A DNA stretch of 64,000 nucleotides. Source: Octopus sinensis (lineage: Eukaryota). The stretch covers positions 29,946,001-30,010,000 of the forward strand of contig NC_043002.1 in assembly GCF_006345805.1 (NCBI RefSeq), in the 5' to 3' direction. The notes below the pieces were generated by a model, which was given only the letters and a program-made list of their open reading frames with translations, searched no databases and had not been told where the DNA came from. Numbering within the stretch: the stretch's first letter is position 1; each line of letters starts with the position of its first letter. Both the position numbers and the translations under genes were made by a program. Shown here in pieces: positions 27,455 to 40,455 of this stretch.

Positions 27455-28008
27455 GCCCTGATGCAGTAACAGGCAATGGATCTCATGGCTTCTGATCTTA
27501 ACTGATTGGAAGTGTTATCATGTACGTTGTTTTGTCTTTTTATAAAAGATGGGCTACAGCTAATATTCTGCTCAATACCACAGATTTGCTTGTCAGTTGT
27601 TTGACCTTAACCAGTTGACCATGTCCCTTAGTGGCTGACGATATGTGCATCTCTGATCACGAGCAGAAGTAGTGGAGGAGCATAATAGCCATGTGTTGAG
27701 AAGGATTCTTTGGGGTTTGAATAATTCACCTCTGGAAACATGGGTGTTTCATTCAACATCCTTAAACAACCCTTATTCAGGGACCTTTTGAGCGTGATGG
27801 GTTACTCGATCAGAAGAACATTCTAACTGGGCCCCACCTGCAAGGTCATGTGCTGTTTATCTTGATATGAGATCACCATGTCATGCACAAATGATTGTGA
27901 TGCATGTGCCTGGTGTACCATTATCAGACATTTAGTCATGATGGGTATACTGGGCTTCGTATATTTTACCCCAGTGTCAATTTGATGGCATGCACTGCTC
28001 TCTCACTC

Positions 28009-28010
<2 letters not shown>
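27452..28010. repeat. About 560-bp non-coding repeat, copy 1, flanked by (AAT)n
   Basis: Direct repeat with 28131-28692. Confidence 0.9.
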
Positions 28011-28096
<86 letters not shown>

Positions 28097-28130
28097 TTGA
28101 TGATGATGACGATGATGATGATGATAATAA

Positions 28131-28692
28131 AATGCCCTGATGCAATGCCAGACTGTGGCTCTCATGGCTTCTGATCTTAACTGATTGGAAGTATTATCAT
28201 GTACATTCTTTTGTCTTGGTATAAAAGATGGATTACAGCAAATTTCCTGCTCAATACCACAGATTTGCTTGTCAGTTGTTTGACCTTAACAAATTGACCA
28301 TGTCCCTTAGTGGCTGACGATATGTGCATCTCTGATAATGAGCAGAAGTAGTGGTGGGGGGACATCATAGCCGTGTGTTGAGAGGGATTCTTTGGAGCTT
28401 GAATAATTCACCTTTGGAAACACGTGAGTTTCGTTCAACATCTTTAAACAATCCTTATTCAATGACCTTTTGAGCGGTATGTGTTGCTCGACCAGAAGAA
28501 AATTCTAACCGGGCCCCACCTACAAGGTCATACGCTGTTTATCTTAATATAAGATCACCATGTCTCGCACATATGGTTGTAATGCCTGTGCCTGGTGTAC
28601 CCTTATCAGACGGGTATTCATGATGGGGATACTGGGCTTTGTATATTTTACCCCAGTGTCATTTTGATGGCATGCACTTCTCTCTCACTCAA
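28131..28692. repeat. About 560-bp non-coding repeat, copy 2
   Basis: Colinear, moderately diverged copy of 27452-28010. Confidence 0.9.
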
Positions 28693-28699
28693 TTATGAT

Positions 28700-29346
28700 A
28701 ATATCTGTGGGAGTTGGAACGAGAGAGTGGCACACTTTGGGGAAGAATGCCTCAAATTCGTACAGGGATAATTTAAGAAATGGAGGCACGATTAGACTGC
28801 AAGAATTTTACAATAGAAACTTGGTCAGATATGGGGATTTGAAGTTGGAAACACGTGGTACAGTCATCGAATCGAAAGAGTACCGGGGTCGGAGAAGTGT
28901 AATCTATTGCGAGACTTTCGTATTCAAAACGACAAAAAGTTAGAAAATTATATGCCGGACATAGTAAGTGAAATTGCTTACTAATCGAGCCATCATGCCC
29001 GTTTGATTTCTGGATTGTAAAGAAAGAGAAGGAAAAACAAAAAGAAAAAAATACAATACAAGAATCCAATCCCGTAAAGGAAGCATTTGGAGTGTGAAAA
29101 CTGTAAAGGTTGTGCTTATAATAATTGGTGAGTCGATAACAGTAAGCAAAGATATAGTCAAATGGCTGGAAGAGGCTGGAGTAGAGCGCATTGTAGATCT
29201 CCTACAGAAAGTTTGTCTCTTAGGGACAGCAAGGATTATCATGAAGTTTTTAGCACTTGAAAGACTACGGAAAACTTGTGGATACCTAAGGTTAGAGATA
29301 GCAGCCCGCTTACCCACACAAATCCTACCAGTATTAAGATCGAACC
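28700..29346 (+). pseudogene. Decayed 3' end of a different Dong/R4-like subfamily with a (TAA)n tail
   Basis: VKTVKVVLIIIG..DLLQKVCLLGTARII..L, a distinct 3' UTR, then (AAT)n. Confidence 0.8.
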
Positions 29347-29366
29347 ATAATAATAATAATAATAAT

Positions 29367-29437
<71 letters not shown>

Positions 29438-30981
29438 TACTTACACCGCAGTATTTATGTTTCATATTACAGGTAAATCCTTTTTGCCCATTCGGTGAAG
29501 CCGTTGAAAGACTGAAAACTGAGAAAGGTCTCTGAGTGCAATCGTTGACAGAAAGCGTGCAGATATGTAGATGAGGAAACGTCTCTGAGACTATCGAAAC
29601 GTTACATAAAAGAACATCAACAGGACTTTTGTCAAAATATGTAAGTACGTTTATGTATGTGTATGTGTGCGTGTGTGTCTATAAGTTTGCGTGCGCATGT
29701 GTTTCACAGCATATGACAGTATATGACTGACTATGTGTGATTATGACTTTAGGTGTTTTCGAATGGAAAGGGAAGAAAAAAAATTCATATGGATTAAAAT
29801 TTATTGTTAGGTTCGGAGGCATAATAAACATAAGCCTCATCGGACGTATACAATATACAATCACATTTCCACATAGGTAATGCATACAAACAAGCGAACA
29901 CACAACACACATAAACAAATATACGCACTATATATGTATGTATGTGTCTATATATATGCATACTATAATCCATATAATATACATACATCTCCACACATCT
30001 CCACACACACAAAAGTATATATATATATATATAAATATATATATGTGTGTGTATGTATATATATATATACATATGTATATTTATGCATGTATATATATAT
30101 ACATACGTACATACATACATACATACACACACGTGTGCATGTTGTGTGTGGTAGGGTGTATTTTATATTCGATGGCTCAGATTTCAACCACAGGTGCGAG
30201 ATCTGTATTAACCCATTATATATTCAAACCATTCCCCACGGTGTTTTAACTCCGCCTTACCCTACTCTCAAGGCCCCACGTTCTCCACTTCCGGCAGCAA
30301 AGCAAAGTTTTGTTTTGTTGTTGTTTCCTATGGCTATTGGTTTTATTTTATTCTGAATAGGTGTAGATGTACTTTGAGTGTGAACGTGCACTTGTCGTAA
30401 TTCAGTCCACATTTTGGCATAGAAAACTTTTTTAAAAAGCATCCATACACATATATCCACATTTACACACACACACAGAGTTTTATATATATATATATAT
30501 ATACACATATATATATATACAATTACACATATACATACATATATATATATGTATGTATATATAAATTTATATATATATATATAATGTATATATGTATCTT
30601 TACATGCACAAAGACGTTCACATATATATTTGTATGTATATAAATATATATAAATAAGTTTAAAACTTATTCGGCAGGTGCGATAGCATCCCAATCAAAA
30701 AACCGTCCCATACCTTCTATAACCGTGTTCCACACAGCAGGAGAATATATGCGGTCCAGTATTTGATAAATGGTTGGACCTTAGAATACACATCTCATTC
30801 TTTTTCTCCATATTTCACCTCTCCCGCCCAAATACTCACAGCTACATCATTGAAATGACTATTTAACATCTTTACCGATTTCGTAATAATTTCTCCCTCA
30901 CTCTTTCAAACGGCGTTCCGAGCAAGTTGAAAAATGGCCGCCTTTTCCTTTCCATTATTCATAGCCCTCTACCTTCATTAG

Positions 30982-31040
<59 letters not shown>

Positions 31041-31042
31041 TT

Positions 31043-31075
<33 letters not shown>

Positions 31076-31097
31076 CTGTCTGTCTGGCTGGCTGTCC

Positions 31098-31143
<46 letters not shown>

Positions 31144-31288
31144 GTCTGTTTGTGTTCATGTACACATGCAGGTGCAAACATTTATTTATATAAATACACA
31201 CACACACACACATATGTACGTATGTATGTGATACGTGTGCGCACATGTGCATGCATATACATATATATACATATTTACATATATATAC

Positions 31289-31344
<56 letters not shown>

Positions 31345-32025
31345 TAAACATGATTATATATATTTCTATATATATATATACACATACATTCGTACACCTA
31401 TGTAGGTGTGTATGTACGTGTGCGTGTTTATTTGTGTACAGCTACATACCTCCTTACCTAAAAACACACACTCATACACGCACGCACACACACACACTCA
31501 CACACGCACGTATACACACACACATATATATAAATATATACATACACACATACATTTAATGATATATGTTCTGTCACATAAGAACCTACGCCACAGCAAC
31601 AGCACTCAGCACACATGTACAACATCCTTCAATGTCTATGCATCGTTGCTAGACGTATATACACTTGATGCTATCACCCAGTGGAGCTGTCATTCATTTT
31701 GTCAAGTGAGTGACACCCCTCAAAGTGAGTCCAACGTTGTTCAACCTGCAACAGCTTAGCTTTCCATCAATAGAATTTTAAAGAATATCCGTCCTCACAC
31801 CACCTCACACCGCCTCCTTTGTTTTCGAATTACCATATTTTTGGTGTAGTATCTCCCATTTCGATTTCTCCTCTCTCCGTCTTTTTAAGGAAACCCACGT
31901 AAATACAGACATACACACACACAAATATATATATATATATTTATAATGTATTTATAGATATATATTATATATATTATATATATAGAAAGAACAACAGAGA
32001 CCGAAAGAGAGAAGGCATATATATA

Positions 32026-32135
<110 letters not shown>

Positions 32136-32329
32136 ATATATATGTGTGTGTAAAGAGAGAGAGAGAGAGAGAGAGAGAGATAAATAGGTAAACAGAAAAA
32201 ATGATATAGATCAATACACAGGTATATATAGAAATACATACATAATTATGTGTGTGCGCGAGTGAAGAGAGAGAGAAGGGGGAGTGTGTGTGTGTGAGAG
32301 AGAGAGAGCGAAAGAGAGAGAGAGAGAGA

Positions 32330-33400
32330 GTACTGGAAAAGTAATGGAAGCCCATTGCTGAATGGAAATTTTAATGTGTAATATGGAGTTCTTCCACCTT
32401 TGATATCAATCCCAACTGTAATACGTCGAAAAATTAAGTTTGTGCAGATTCTGGAAGTTTTTTAAAGGGAATTATGGCCGTTCTTCAAGCAAAACTTGAT
32501 TTGGGTCTTTCACCAACGATTATCCTGAGATCTCGTGAATGTGGGTGAGAATCCAAGTGTTCTACCTAACTTTTGTGCGTTTTACACTAATCTTAAATAT
32601 TATTAGACTTGTAAAAGGACACAATATCTTCGCGGAATACTGCTCTATCAGTGGGGGAAATTGTTTGTGCCGTAAGCTAGATATGAACATCCAGCATACT
32701 CAGATAATCCTTGATGTTAATTCTGCTATATAATACAACTAAAGTCCCAAGATAATATCGTGATACGGCTGCTCACATCATCACAGAGCCACCCCTATGC
32801 TTCACTGCAGAGCCAAATGGTTAGTGCTGAAAGCTTTTGGGTGTTTGTCGCCAGACATATCTTACACAGAAGTGGGAAAAATTGGTAATGTAGCTCTCAT
32901 TTTTACATTGAGCTATCGACCAATTTTGATTATATAGTCCCCGTTTTCTCCTTTTATTGGCACGGATGGGAGAGAGGAGACGATTAGTATTAGCAGCCCT
33001 CTCAAGTTATCCAGGTTTATGGAACTCTGCTAACAGTTTTGCTGCCGTAGTTCGATTATTTTTACTGTTCTTCGGTTGCAGTTGCTCTCTGTGGGCATTG
33101 CATTCCGTCCAAAATTATATTTACCAAAGCTAGTTTTACTTCAGTTTTAGAATGCCTACTTATTTTAGGAACTTTGTTTCTGGAAACACTAAACACTTCA
33201 TCAGCCTCAGTCCATTTTCAAAGTGGCATTTCGCAACCAACATATCTTGCGCGCGTACACACAAAAAAATGAACTGATTGTTTGATCAAAAGTAAGGCTA
33301 ATTTTACACAGTTTAATTAGCTTAATACATATTTTCTTAGGCTATCCTATGAGTAGCCAATTGGCAGAATAAACAGACCGCCATTTACAATAATTGCAAT
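32330..33400 (-). pseudogene. Decayed Tc1/mariner transposon
   Basis: Minus strand at about 32765-32880 reads YVWRQ..VKHRGGSVMM*AA, the Tc1 VKHGGGSVMVW motif. Boundaries are approximate. Confidence 0.65.
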
Positions 33401-35599
33401 AAATGTTCAGACTCTCTAAGTATTATCTTCAAATGCCGCCGTGATCAAATTTGTCTTTCATCATTTTGGAATTGCCAAATAAAATACTAGTCCTTTATTA
33501 GGGTTACTTTCTCGCCTTGTGGAGGAAACAGACTTTGGTTAGATCTAGATACAGTGTACGCCAAAACGATCCTACAATTCTAACAAGGAGCTATGGTTTC
33601 ATGGAATCCAACATATCTTTTCCCATTTATCTGTCTCATCCATTAGACTGTGGCCATACTGTGACGCTGCTTTCAAATCTAAAAAGCTGAACTCAGTGAT
33701 TATTTTCTTTTAAATCTGAGACTTATCATATTTAACACTTTTCTTGAATCGCTGAGTTAAGGTACAGGAGTGAACAAATGCACACACCTAAATACACACA
33801 CACACACATACACACACATATATAGATATATACACACACATACAAAGATATATACACATACATACATATATACATACGTACATATGGTGGACTTTCACGC
33901 ACTTTCCGTCTACCAAATTAACTCAAAAGGCATTGCATGGTTCTTGGATTCAGTGTTTCGTGTGGTGCAGAACGGAAAACCGTGCGGCTGCAAAACGAGT
34001 TTCTTATCCAAACACCCATGCTCTCAAATATCTAAGTTTCTTTTAGTTTTTTTTAATTTAAAACCTTTTTTAGATATTAGCGTTGATTAATGAATCCAAT
34101 GTTAAATTTTTAATGAAAATTTATTTTAAAATGTTCAGAATTTATATAACACAAAATGGAGTCTGATGCGTTATAAATTATATTTTCTGTTCGAGGATAA
34201 CTTATTATCCGACACATCCTGACACGGGTTTTGTTTGTGAAATGTGTTTAAAATAAATATTAAAACTGGTTTAAATATTTAAAATTCCCGACCCCTGTAT
34301 GTATTTAGGGTTTTCCACAGCGCTCCATTAACTTTTGTCCACTCATTTCTAATCTCACAATAACCCGAATTGTCGTTCCTATCCAATATGTCTATAATCT
34401 CAAAACGGCATAACTGGCTGATTATTTTAGAACAAAAGAATTTTAGGTTATTTAAAATTTATTTCTCACATATTCTTACTTCTAAAGTCAAATTCACTGC
34501 AATTACCGTGGAGGAAAATATTCTCTCTTCTGGTAAAAGATGTAAACACCATAGCTGCTTAGACACGTGCTTCTGGATCTTTAGCCTCCGTCAGTGGGAA
34601 ATATCGAAGGATTTAATACCTTTTACCATAAGGGAGAACTTTTTCTCCATGGTAACTGCAGGGAATTTGTCTTTAGAATTCAAGATACGTCACAAGCATA
34701 TTTTAACTAACCTGAATTTCGTTTATTTCTAATCAACGCTTCACAGTGATGCTGTTATTTTAATTCTGATCTGGCGGCCTACAAGTGCAAGTTAGTCACT
34801 GATGTTGACTGTTTTTTACTTAAATCTGTGGGTGTGAATTTGCCCAGTGTTACCTTCCTTTGGTCTTTTTCATTCAAGAAGGCTAGAGTCAGAAATTTGC
34901 CTTTAGAAGATAGACTATGTCACAGACATATTTCAACTAACCTACGTTTCGTTTATTCCTCATCACTGCTAGACGCTGATGCGGTTATTCTTTTAGAATG
35001 TTGAAGGACCTCATAAAAGTTCCCATAAGAACTAATAAGGCCCCTACGTGGCCGCTTAAGCTGCTAGAAATAGCATCCAAATCTTCTGCAGATCATACCA
35101 TATTTTCTTCAAATATACATAAGAAAAAGCATACATGAAGACATTGTAGCGCTACATATGTTCTAAAATAAAAAGCGAGATTGTCACGGATGGAACGCAT
35201 TTGATTACAGGTATGCAAAGTTAGGGCTGAATTAGATTATAAATCATCATCAATATCATCTTCACTACCTCCAACGCCGCCGCCGCCGCCGGCGTCATTG
35301 TCTCGTTGTTGTTGGTGTTAGTCTAGTAGCTGTTTTAGTGGTTGGTGTTTTATTTTATTTGTTTTTTTACAGCAGAAGTAACAGACGATGTTGAGGTCTT
35401 TGTTGTTATAAACTTCGTTGTGGTTGTTAGAATAGGTATTGTTGTTGTTGTTGTTGTAACTTTTGTTGTTATATTCGTTGTTATATTGTAGTTGTTGCTG
35501 TTGTTGTGGATGTCAGTGTAGTTGTTCTTGTAGAGTGATTTATGTATGTTTTTATTGCAGTGATTACGTTAGTCTCATAAATTCCTCTGCTGTTTTTTT

Positions 35600-36290
35600 T
35601 ACACATGAAACCACCCACCACCATCACCAAGCCACCACCAACACCACAACTACTGCTACTGTTACCAGCACCATCTTAGCACCATCACTACCACCATCGC
35701 CATCATCATCGTCAAAACCACTGCCACCATTCACATTGCCTTCACCAGAATCTCCAATACCACCACCACCATCATTGGCTCCCTTTACAACTCTCACCAT
35801 CACCATCTCCATAATCACCACCACCACTATTACTACCATCCCAACCATCACTTCCACCACCAATGTCACCACCACCACCACCAGCATCACTACCAGCAAC
35901 ACATCTATCCAAAACACCGTCATCACCACAACCATTACCATCATTGCCAACAGGATTGCCAACAACACTATCCCTCGTCACCACCACCACCAACATCACC
36001 AACACCACCATCATCGACATCATCACAGTACCACTGCCACCATCACAATCATCACAACAATCACTATTACCATCACCACCACTACACCATCACCACCACT
36101 ACAACTATCACCACAAAGATCATCCACATCATTACCACTACCGATGCCACCATATCCAACAACGCAACGAACTCCACCACAGCAGCCAAAATCAGCACAA
36201 AAACTACAATTTGCACTACCACTGCTACCACCACAACTACTACCACTTTCACCACCACTGTCACCACCATCCCATTACGGCTACCCTCAG
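35600..36290. repeat. Cryptic (CAC/CAT/CAA) trinucleotide low-complexity tract
   Basis: Direct reading of the sequence. Confidence 0.85.
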
Positions 36291-36334
36291 AATCATCCTG
36301 AGTTCAACATCGTATTGTCAATACGTAGTCTTAG

Positions 36335-36550
36335 TAAGACGGTGAGCTGACATAATTATTAGATCGCTGGGGAAGATGCTTAACGGCCTTTCGTTCGTCT
36401 TTGTGATCTGAGTTCAGATTCTACGGAGGTTGAATGTGCCTTTCATCCTTTCAGGGTCAATAAAATGAGTATCAATTAAGCAGTGGCTGGGGTTGATTAA
36501 ATCGAATTACCACCTCCCCAGAAATTGCTGGCCCTCTACCAAAATTTGAG
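36335..36550 (+). mobile_element. SINE family B, old monomer
   Basis: Diverged head and core (gcctttcatcctttcagggtcaataaaatgagta). Confidence 0.7.
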
Positions 36551-36734
36551 ATCCGATATCTAGTCCTAGCGATGATCCTAACTATGGTTTTAGAGTCAGT
36601 AGTGGGTGATATTATTGGTAGTAGTTCAGGTGTCAGTTATGCTGTGGAGCTCAAGTTTTAGGACTGGTTATTGCAGCATTATATTAATGGTAGTGCAAGC
36701 GTTGATGTTCAGTGATTGCAATATCGTTCACAAC

Positions 36735-37140
36735 ATAAGCCGGCGAGCTGGCAGAAACGTTAGCACGCCGGGCGAAATGCTTAGCAGTATTACATCTGCC
36801 GTTACGTTCTGAGTTCAAATTCCGCCGAAGTCGACTTTGCCTTTCATTCTTTGGGGTCGATAAATTAAGTACCAGTTACGCACTGGGGTCGATGTAATCG
36901 ACTTAATCTGTTTGTCTGTCCTTGTTTGTCCCCTCTGTGTTTAGCCCCTTCTGGGTAGTAAAGAAATGGGTATTTCGTCTGTCTTTATGTTCTGAGTTCA
37001 AATTCCACCGAAGTCGACTTTGCCTTTCATCTTTTCAGAGTCGATAAACTAAGTACCAGTTGCGTACTGGTGTCGATCTAATCGACTGTTCCCTCCACCT
37101 AAAATTTAGGGTCTTGTGCCTAGAGTAGAAAAGAATATTA
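36735..37140 (+). mobile_element. SINE family B, dimeric form
   Basis: Head, core, linker (gtttgtcccctctgtgtttagcccc), second core and tail. ttcacaac flanks both ends. Confidence 0.9.
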
Positions 37141-37509
37141 TTCACAACGTCAGTCACGATGTTTGTGTTGGTGACGGTAATGATAGTGTAAATCCGTTAC
37201 AAAGATAGTAGACCCACTAAAATACACTGCGACAACTACAGCAGCTGTGACATGACCTAGACACAATGTGCGTTGACCAATCAGTTTGTATGTTAGCGTT
37301 TAGCATGCTGAACCACATACTTTCTCTAAAATAAACAAGTTTTGCAACATTGGTCAGAAAAAAACAGTTTGCGACAGAGCTCCATATAAAGTACGCTTTT
37401 GGAAATCAAATGCAAAACTAGTCAAGTGTTCTAAAATCTATGAAAATTCTGTTATTTCTCTGTACACTTTTAACTTCATTTCTTTTCTACAAGCACTTGC
37501 ATGGATTAA

Positions 37510-37612
37510 TATATATATATATATATATGAAACTAATACGTTAGAAAATCTCTGTTTGGGATAGAGGCAGTATACGACGTTTCTTTCTGGAACACAGATT
37601 TTCTAACGGATT
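37510..37612. repeat. Short foldback adjacent to (TA)n
   Basis: taatacgttagaaaatctctgtt pairs with aacacagattttctaacggatta. Confidence 0.7.
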
Positions 37613-38159
37613 ACTTCCTAGTTCCTAGTTGTATGACACCGTATTTTCTATATCGCAAGCGAGGCTAAACTGCTTCCATGCCTGACAAACGAATGCCCAT
37701 CGAAGAGATCCATTCAGATCGAAATCACAAACACCACACACTCAGCGTCTGGAAGAACATTTATTTATATTAAACCAGTTTCACAATTTTAAGATTTTCA
37801 GAACTCGAATGAGAAGGAAGAACGTGCAACTATTCCTTATGTATCTCAACTTTGACCAAAATTCGAAAAATCTTTTTTTTTTTTATCGAAAGAATGTGGC
37901 TCAAGTTGACATTAGTAAAGATACAGTTTAATTGGTTGAAGATCGCCACGAGGTCAAGCACAGAAATTTGTTAATTTACTTCAATATCCGCATATTATTA
38001 GAGATATCTGGCAGTTTGAATAACTCCTGCACGCAATGTCAGCGTATTAAGTCACGTGAGTGTAAGAACAATAATTGCTTCAGAAGTCATGTCTGTATTA
38101 ATCCTGTGAATGAGTCATGTGGCAAAGTGAACGACAGAGCATCAGAATAGCTAAAGTAA

Positions 38160-38800
38160 ACAAATAAATTGCTTGTGTAGGTATTGCATGTTTGTGTGTG
38201 ATAATGTGAAGATCAATAGTGTAATGCTTCGGTCATATAGGTATTTGTCAATGTATTGTTACAGTATGTTGTTATAACTTAATCAGTTGCGGTCTTATAT
38301 ATTTTAATAAACATACTTCTTCATCATTATAATGTATTTGATCAGTTGTTTCGTCAGAATATAGTCAAATATGGAAAGCTTATAATTTTAGGGTCTTATT
38401 TTGCTGCGTTTAAGTCTACAAGTTTACATAGTGGAATCTGTCAATTGGAATCTTCGATTTTTAACGATGAATAATAAATTTGTTTCTTTAGTTTCGCTTA
38501 TCTTCTGAAATCTTCGTTACAAACATAATATTTAAGAATTTAAATTGAAATTTTTGACGAAGAGGCAGAGTAATGTTTTAATTACGGTGTATCTTCATTT
38601 AAATATAGTAGGAGTATGTTTAATATGTTTAATGCAGGCTTGCAGTTTGGGCGACCAATTTCATTGACTATTGACGTTTCATTTTTAGTGGTGCTGGAGA
38701 ATCATTTTTTTTAACGATTTTGTTTGTCTTTCTTCTGATTATTTTGTGCATTTTGAGTACATTTTTCATTCCTGGACCTTATCTCAATAAAGGAATGTTT
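38160..38800 (-). pseudogene. Possible highly decayed Penelope GIY-YIG endonuclease region
   Basis: Minus strand reads FQFKFLNIMFV..KRN*RNKFIIHR*K..RFHYV..NKTLKL*AFHI, which weakly fits the PLE GIY-YIG layout. Confidence 0.35.
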
Positions 38801-38841
38801 TAGTGGTGATGTATAAACATATATGTATATGTAATGCTATT

Positions 38842-39297
38842 ATTAGTCCGATTATCCTTGAGGCACGTTCGAACCGGTGAACTAGCTAGTCAATGGGTTT
38901 TGTCATGGAAAATATACCCCATTTATTGAGAAATGGTGTGAATACACTTAGATAGCTCACAGCGCCAGCTACCCAGATTGTGAGAGGCAAGCGTTTCGGA
39001 GTAGTTATCTCCTCGTCGGTCGCAGACACCATGCTGGCGGCACTACGAGCTGGTTGAAGAGTCTGATTCTCTTATACTTTTCCATGTGCCGTACGGCGAC
39101 TGGTAGCGCTATGCGGCGGCTCACAGTAAGTAAATTACAGAGTGGGGGCGCTAAGCAGAGATAAGTAAGTGGTAGTGCGAGCCGATCTAGGTGTATATAC
39201 ACCATTTGTCAACAAACGGGATATATTCCCCGTGACAAAACGCAGTGAGTAGCCTGTTCAGCGGTTCGAACGTGCCTCTAGCATATTCGGACTGATT
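38842..39297. mobile_element. Older foldback H4 with an HHR-like motif in the spacer (38987-39023, minus strand)
   Basis: Arms at about 38842-38965 and 39171-39297. Minus strand reads GCGA-CCGACGA-GGAG(ataacta)CTCC-GAAACG-C-TTGC. Confidence 0.65.
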
Positions 39298-39355
39298 ATA
39301 ACTATACAATTTTACTTATCACTGCTTAGCACTCGCCCTCTGTAATATATATGTA

Positions 39356-39434
<79 letters not shown>

Positions 39435-39440
<6 letters not shown>

Positions 39441-40260
39441 GAAATATTAAAATAACTAAGTCTCTCTAAAAGAGAACAGCGGCAGCGTTCCCGGAAAATA
39501 ATAGTTATCGCCATACTAATATGGCATTCTTATAAAAATAAGAAAAAAGCTGTCCGCTTATTAGCTCCATGAGGCCATCGCCTTAAGTTAGCTATTTGAT
39601 ACACAAACTGTATCCATATAACCTTCGAACAAGGGAGGTCAGTCGCTCCACACTACTTGACCGGCAGCTACAGACGCATTTCGGGGTATTGCCCCTTTTC
39701 AATGCAGCGTAGCCAGCCAGTAGGTGTCGCTTCCGACAATCTCTGTTCGATGGTTTTATTTACCTAGTTTCGGTGGAATACATCCACTTGTTTTCAATAA
39801 TAGAAATATTAAAATAACTAAGTCTCTCTAAAAGAGAACAGCGGCAGCGTTCCCGGAAAATAATAGTTATCGCCATACTAATATGGCATTCTTATAAAAA
39901 TAAGAAAAAAGCTGTCCGCTGTTCTCTTTTAGAGAGACTTAGTTATTTTAATATTTCTATTATTGAAAACAAGTGGATGTATTCCACCGAAACTAGGTAA
40001 ATAAAACCGTCGAACAGAGATTGTCGGAAGCGACACCTACTGGCTGGCTACGCTGCATTGGAAAGGGGCAATACCCCTAACGCGTCTGTAGCTGCCGGTC
40101 AAGTAGTGTGGAGCGACTGACCTCCCTTGTTCGAAGGTTATATGGATACAGTTTGTGTATCAAATAGCTAACTTAAGGCGATGGCCTCATGGAGCTAATA
40201 AGCGGACAGCTTTTTTCTTATTTTTATAAGAATGCCATATTAGTATGGCGATAACTATTA
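39435..40260. mobile_element. Young retrozyme/pLTR-like element H5: 1.34 tandem units of a 362-bp monomer plus an inverted unit
   Basis: Direct repeat 39435-39558 = 39797-39920. Inverted repeat 39499-39844 vs 39917-40260 has only a few differences. Confidence 0.9.
39667..39708 (-). ncRNA. Minimal type I HHR with a C3U/G8A core
   Basis: GCTGCA-TTGAAAA-GGGG(caata)CCCC-GAAAT-GC-GTC-TGTAGC. Stem I is 6 bp. The sister copy at 40052-40092 (+) has ACGCGTC but a damaged core. Confidence 0.75.
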
Positions 40261-40376
40261 TATATATATATATATACCGGAATACACATAAATGTGAAAC
40301 AAGGGGGAAAAAGTACTCAAATACCAGGGATAGAGTAATATGCTTTATTTAAAATGTATTTAAAATTTTAACAAAA

Positions 40377-40414
40377 CTGTCCGACGAACGGGAACGTGAA
40401 ACTCCGAGTAACAG
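40377..40414 (+). ncRNA. Type I HHR (H7) closed by a long stem I, with U4C in this copy
   Basis: CTGT-CCGACGA-ACG(GGAA)CGT-GAAAC-T(CCG)A-GTA-ACAG. Stem I extends through aacaaaactgt/acaggttttgtt out to 40344-40446. Confidence 0.7.
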
Positions 40415-40455
40415 GTTTTGTTGAATTTCTGCTGCTTTTAAATAAAATATATATA

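Noticed and set aside
29563-29610. HHR-like tatgt-AGATGA..GAAACGTT-acata
   Set aside because: Stem I and GAAACGTT are present, but the core is damaged and stem II is irregular. It is a single copy and cannot be separated from chance.
35463-36350. 295-aa Thr/Pro/His-rich ORF (mucin-like)
   Set aside because: It is a cryptic CAC/CAT repeat that is open in several frames and on both strands.
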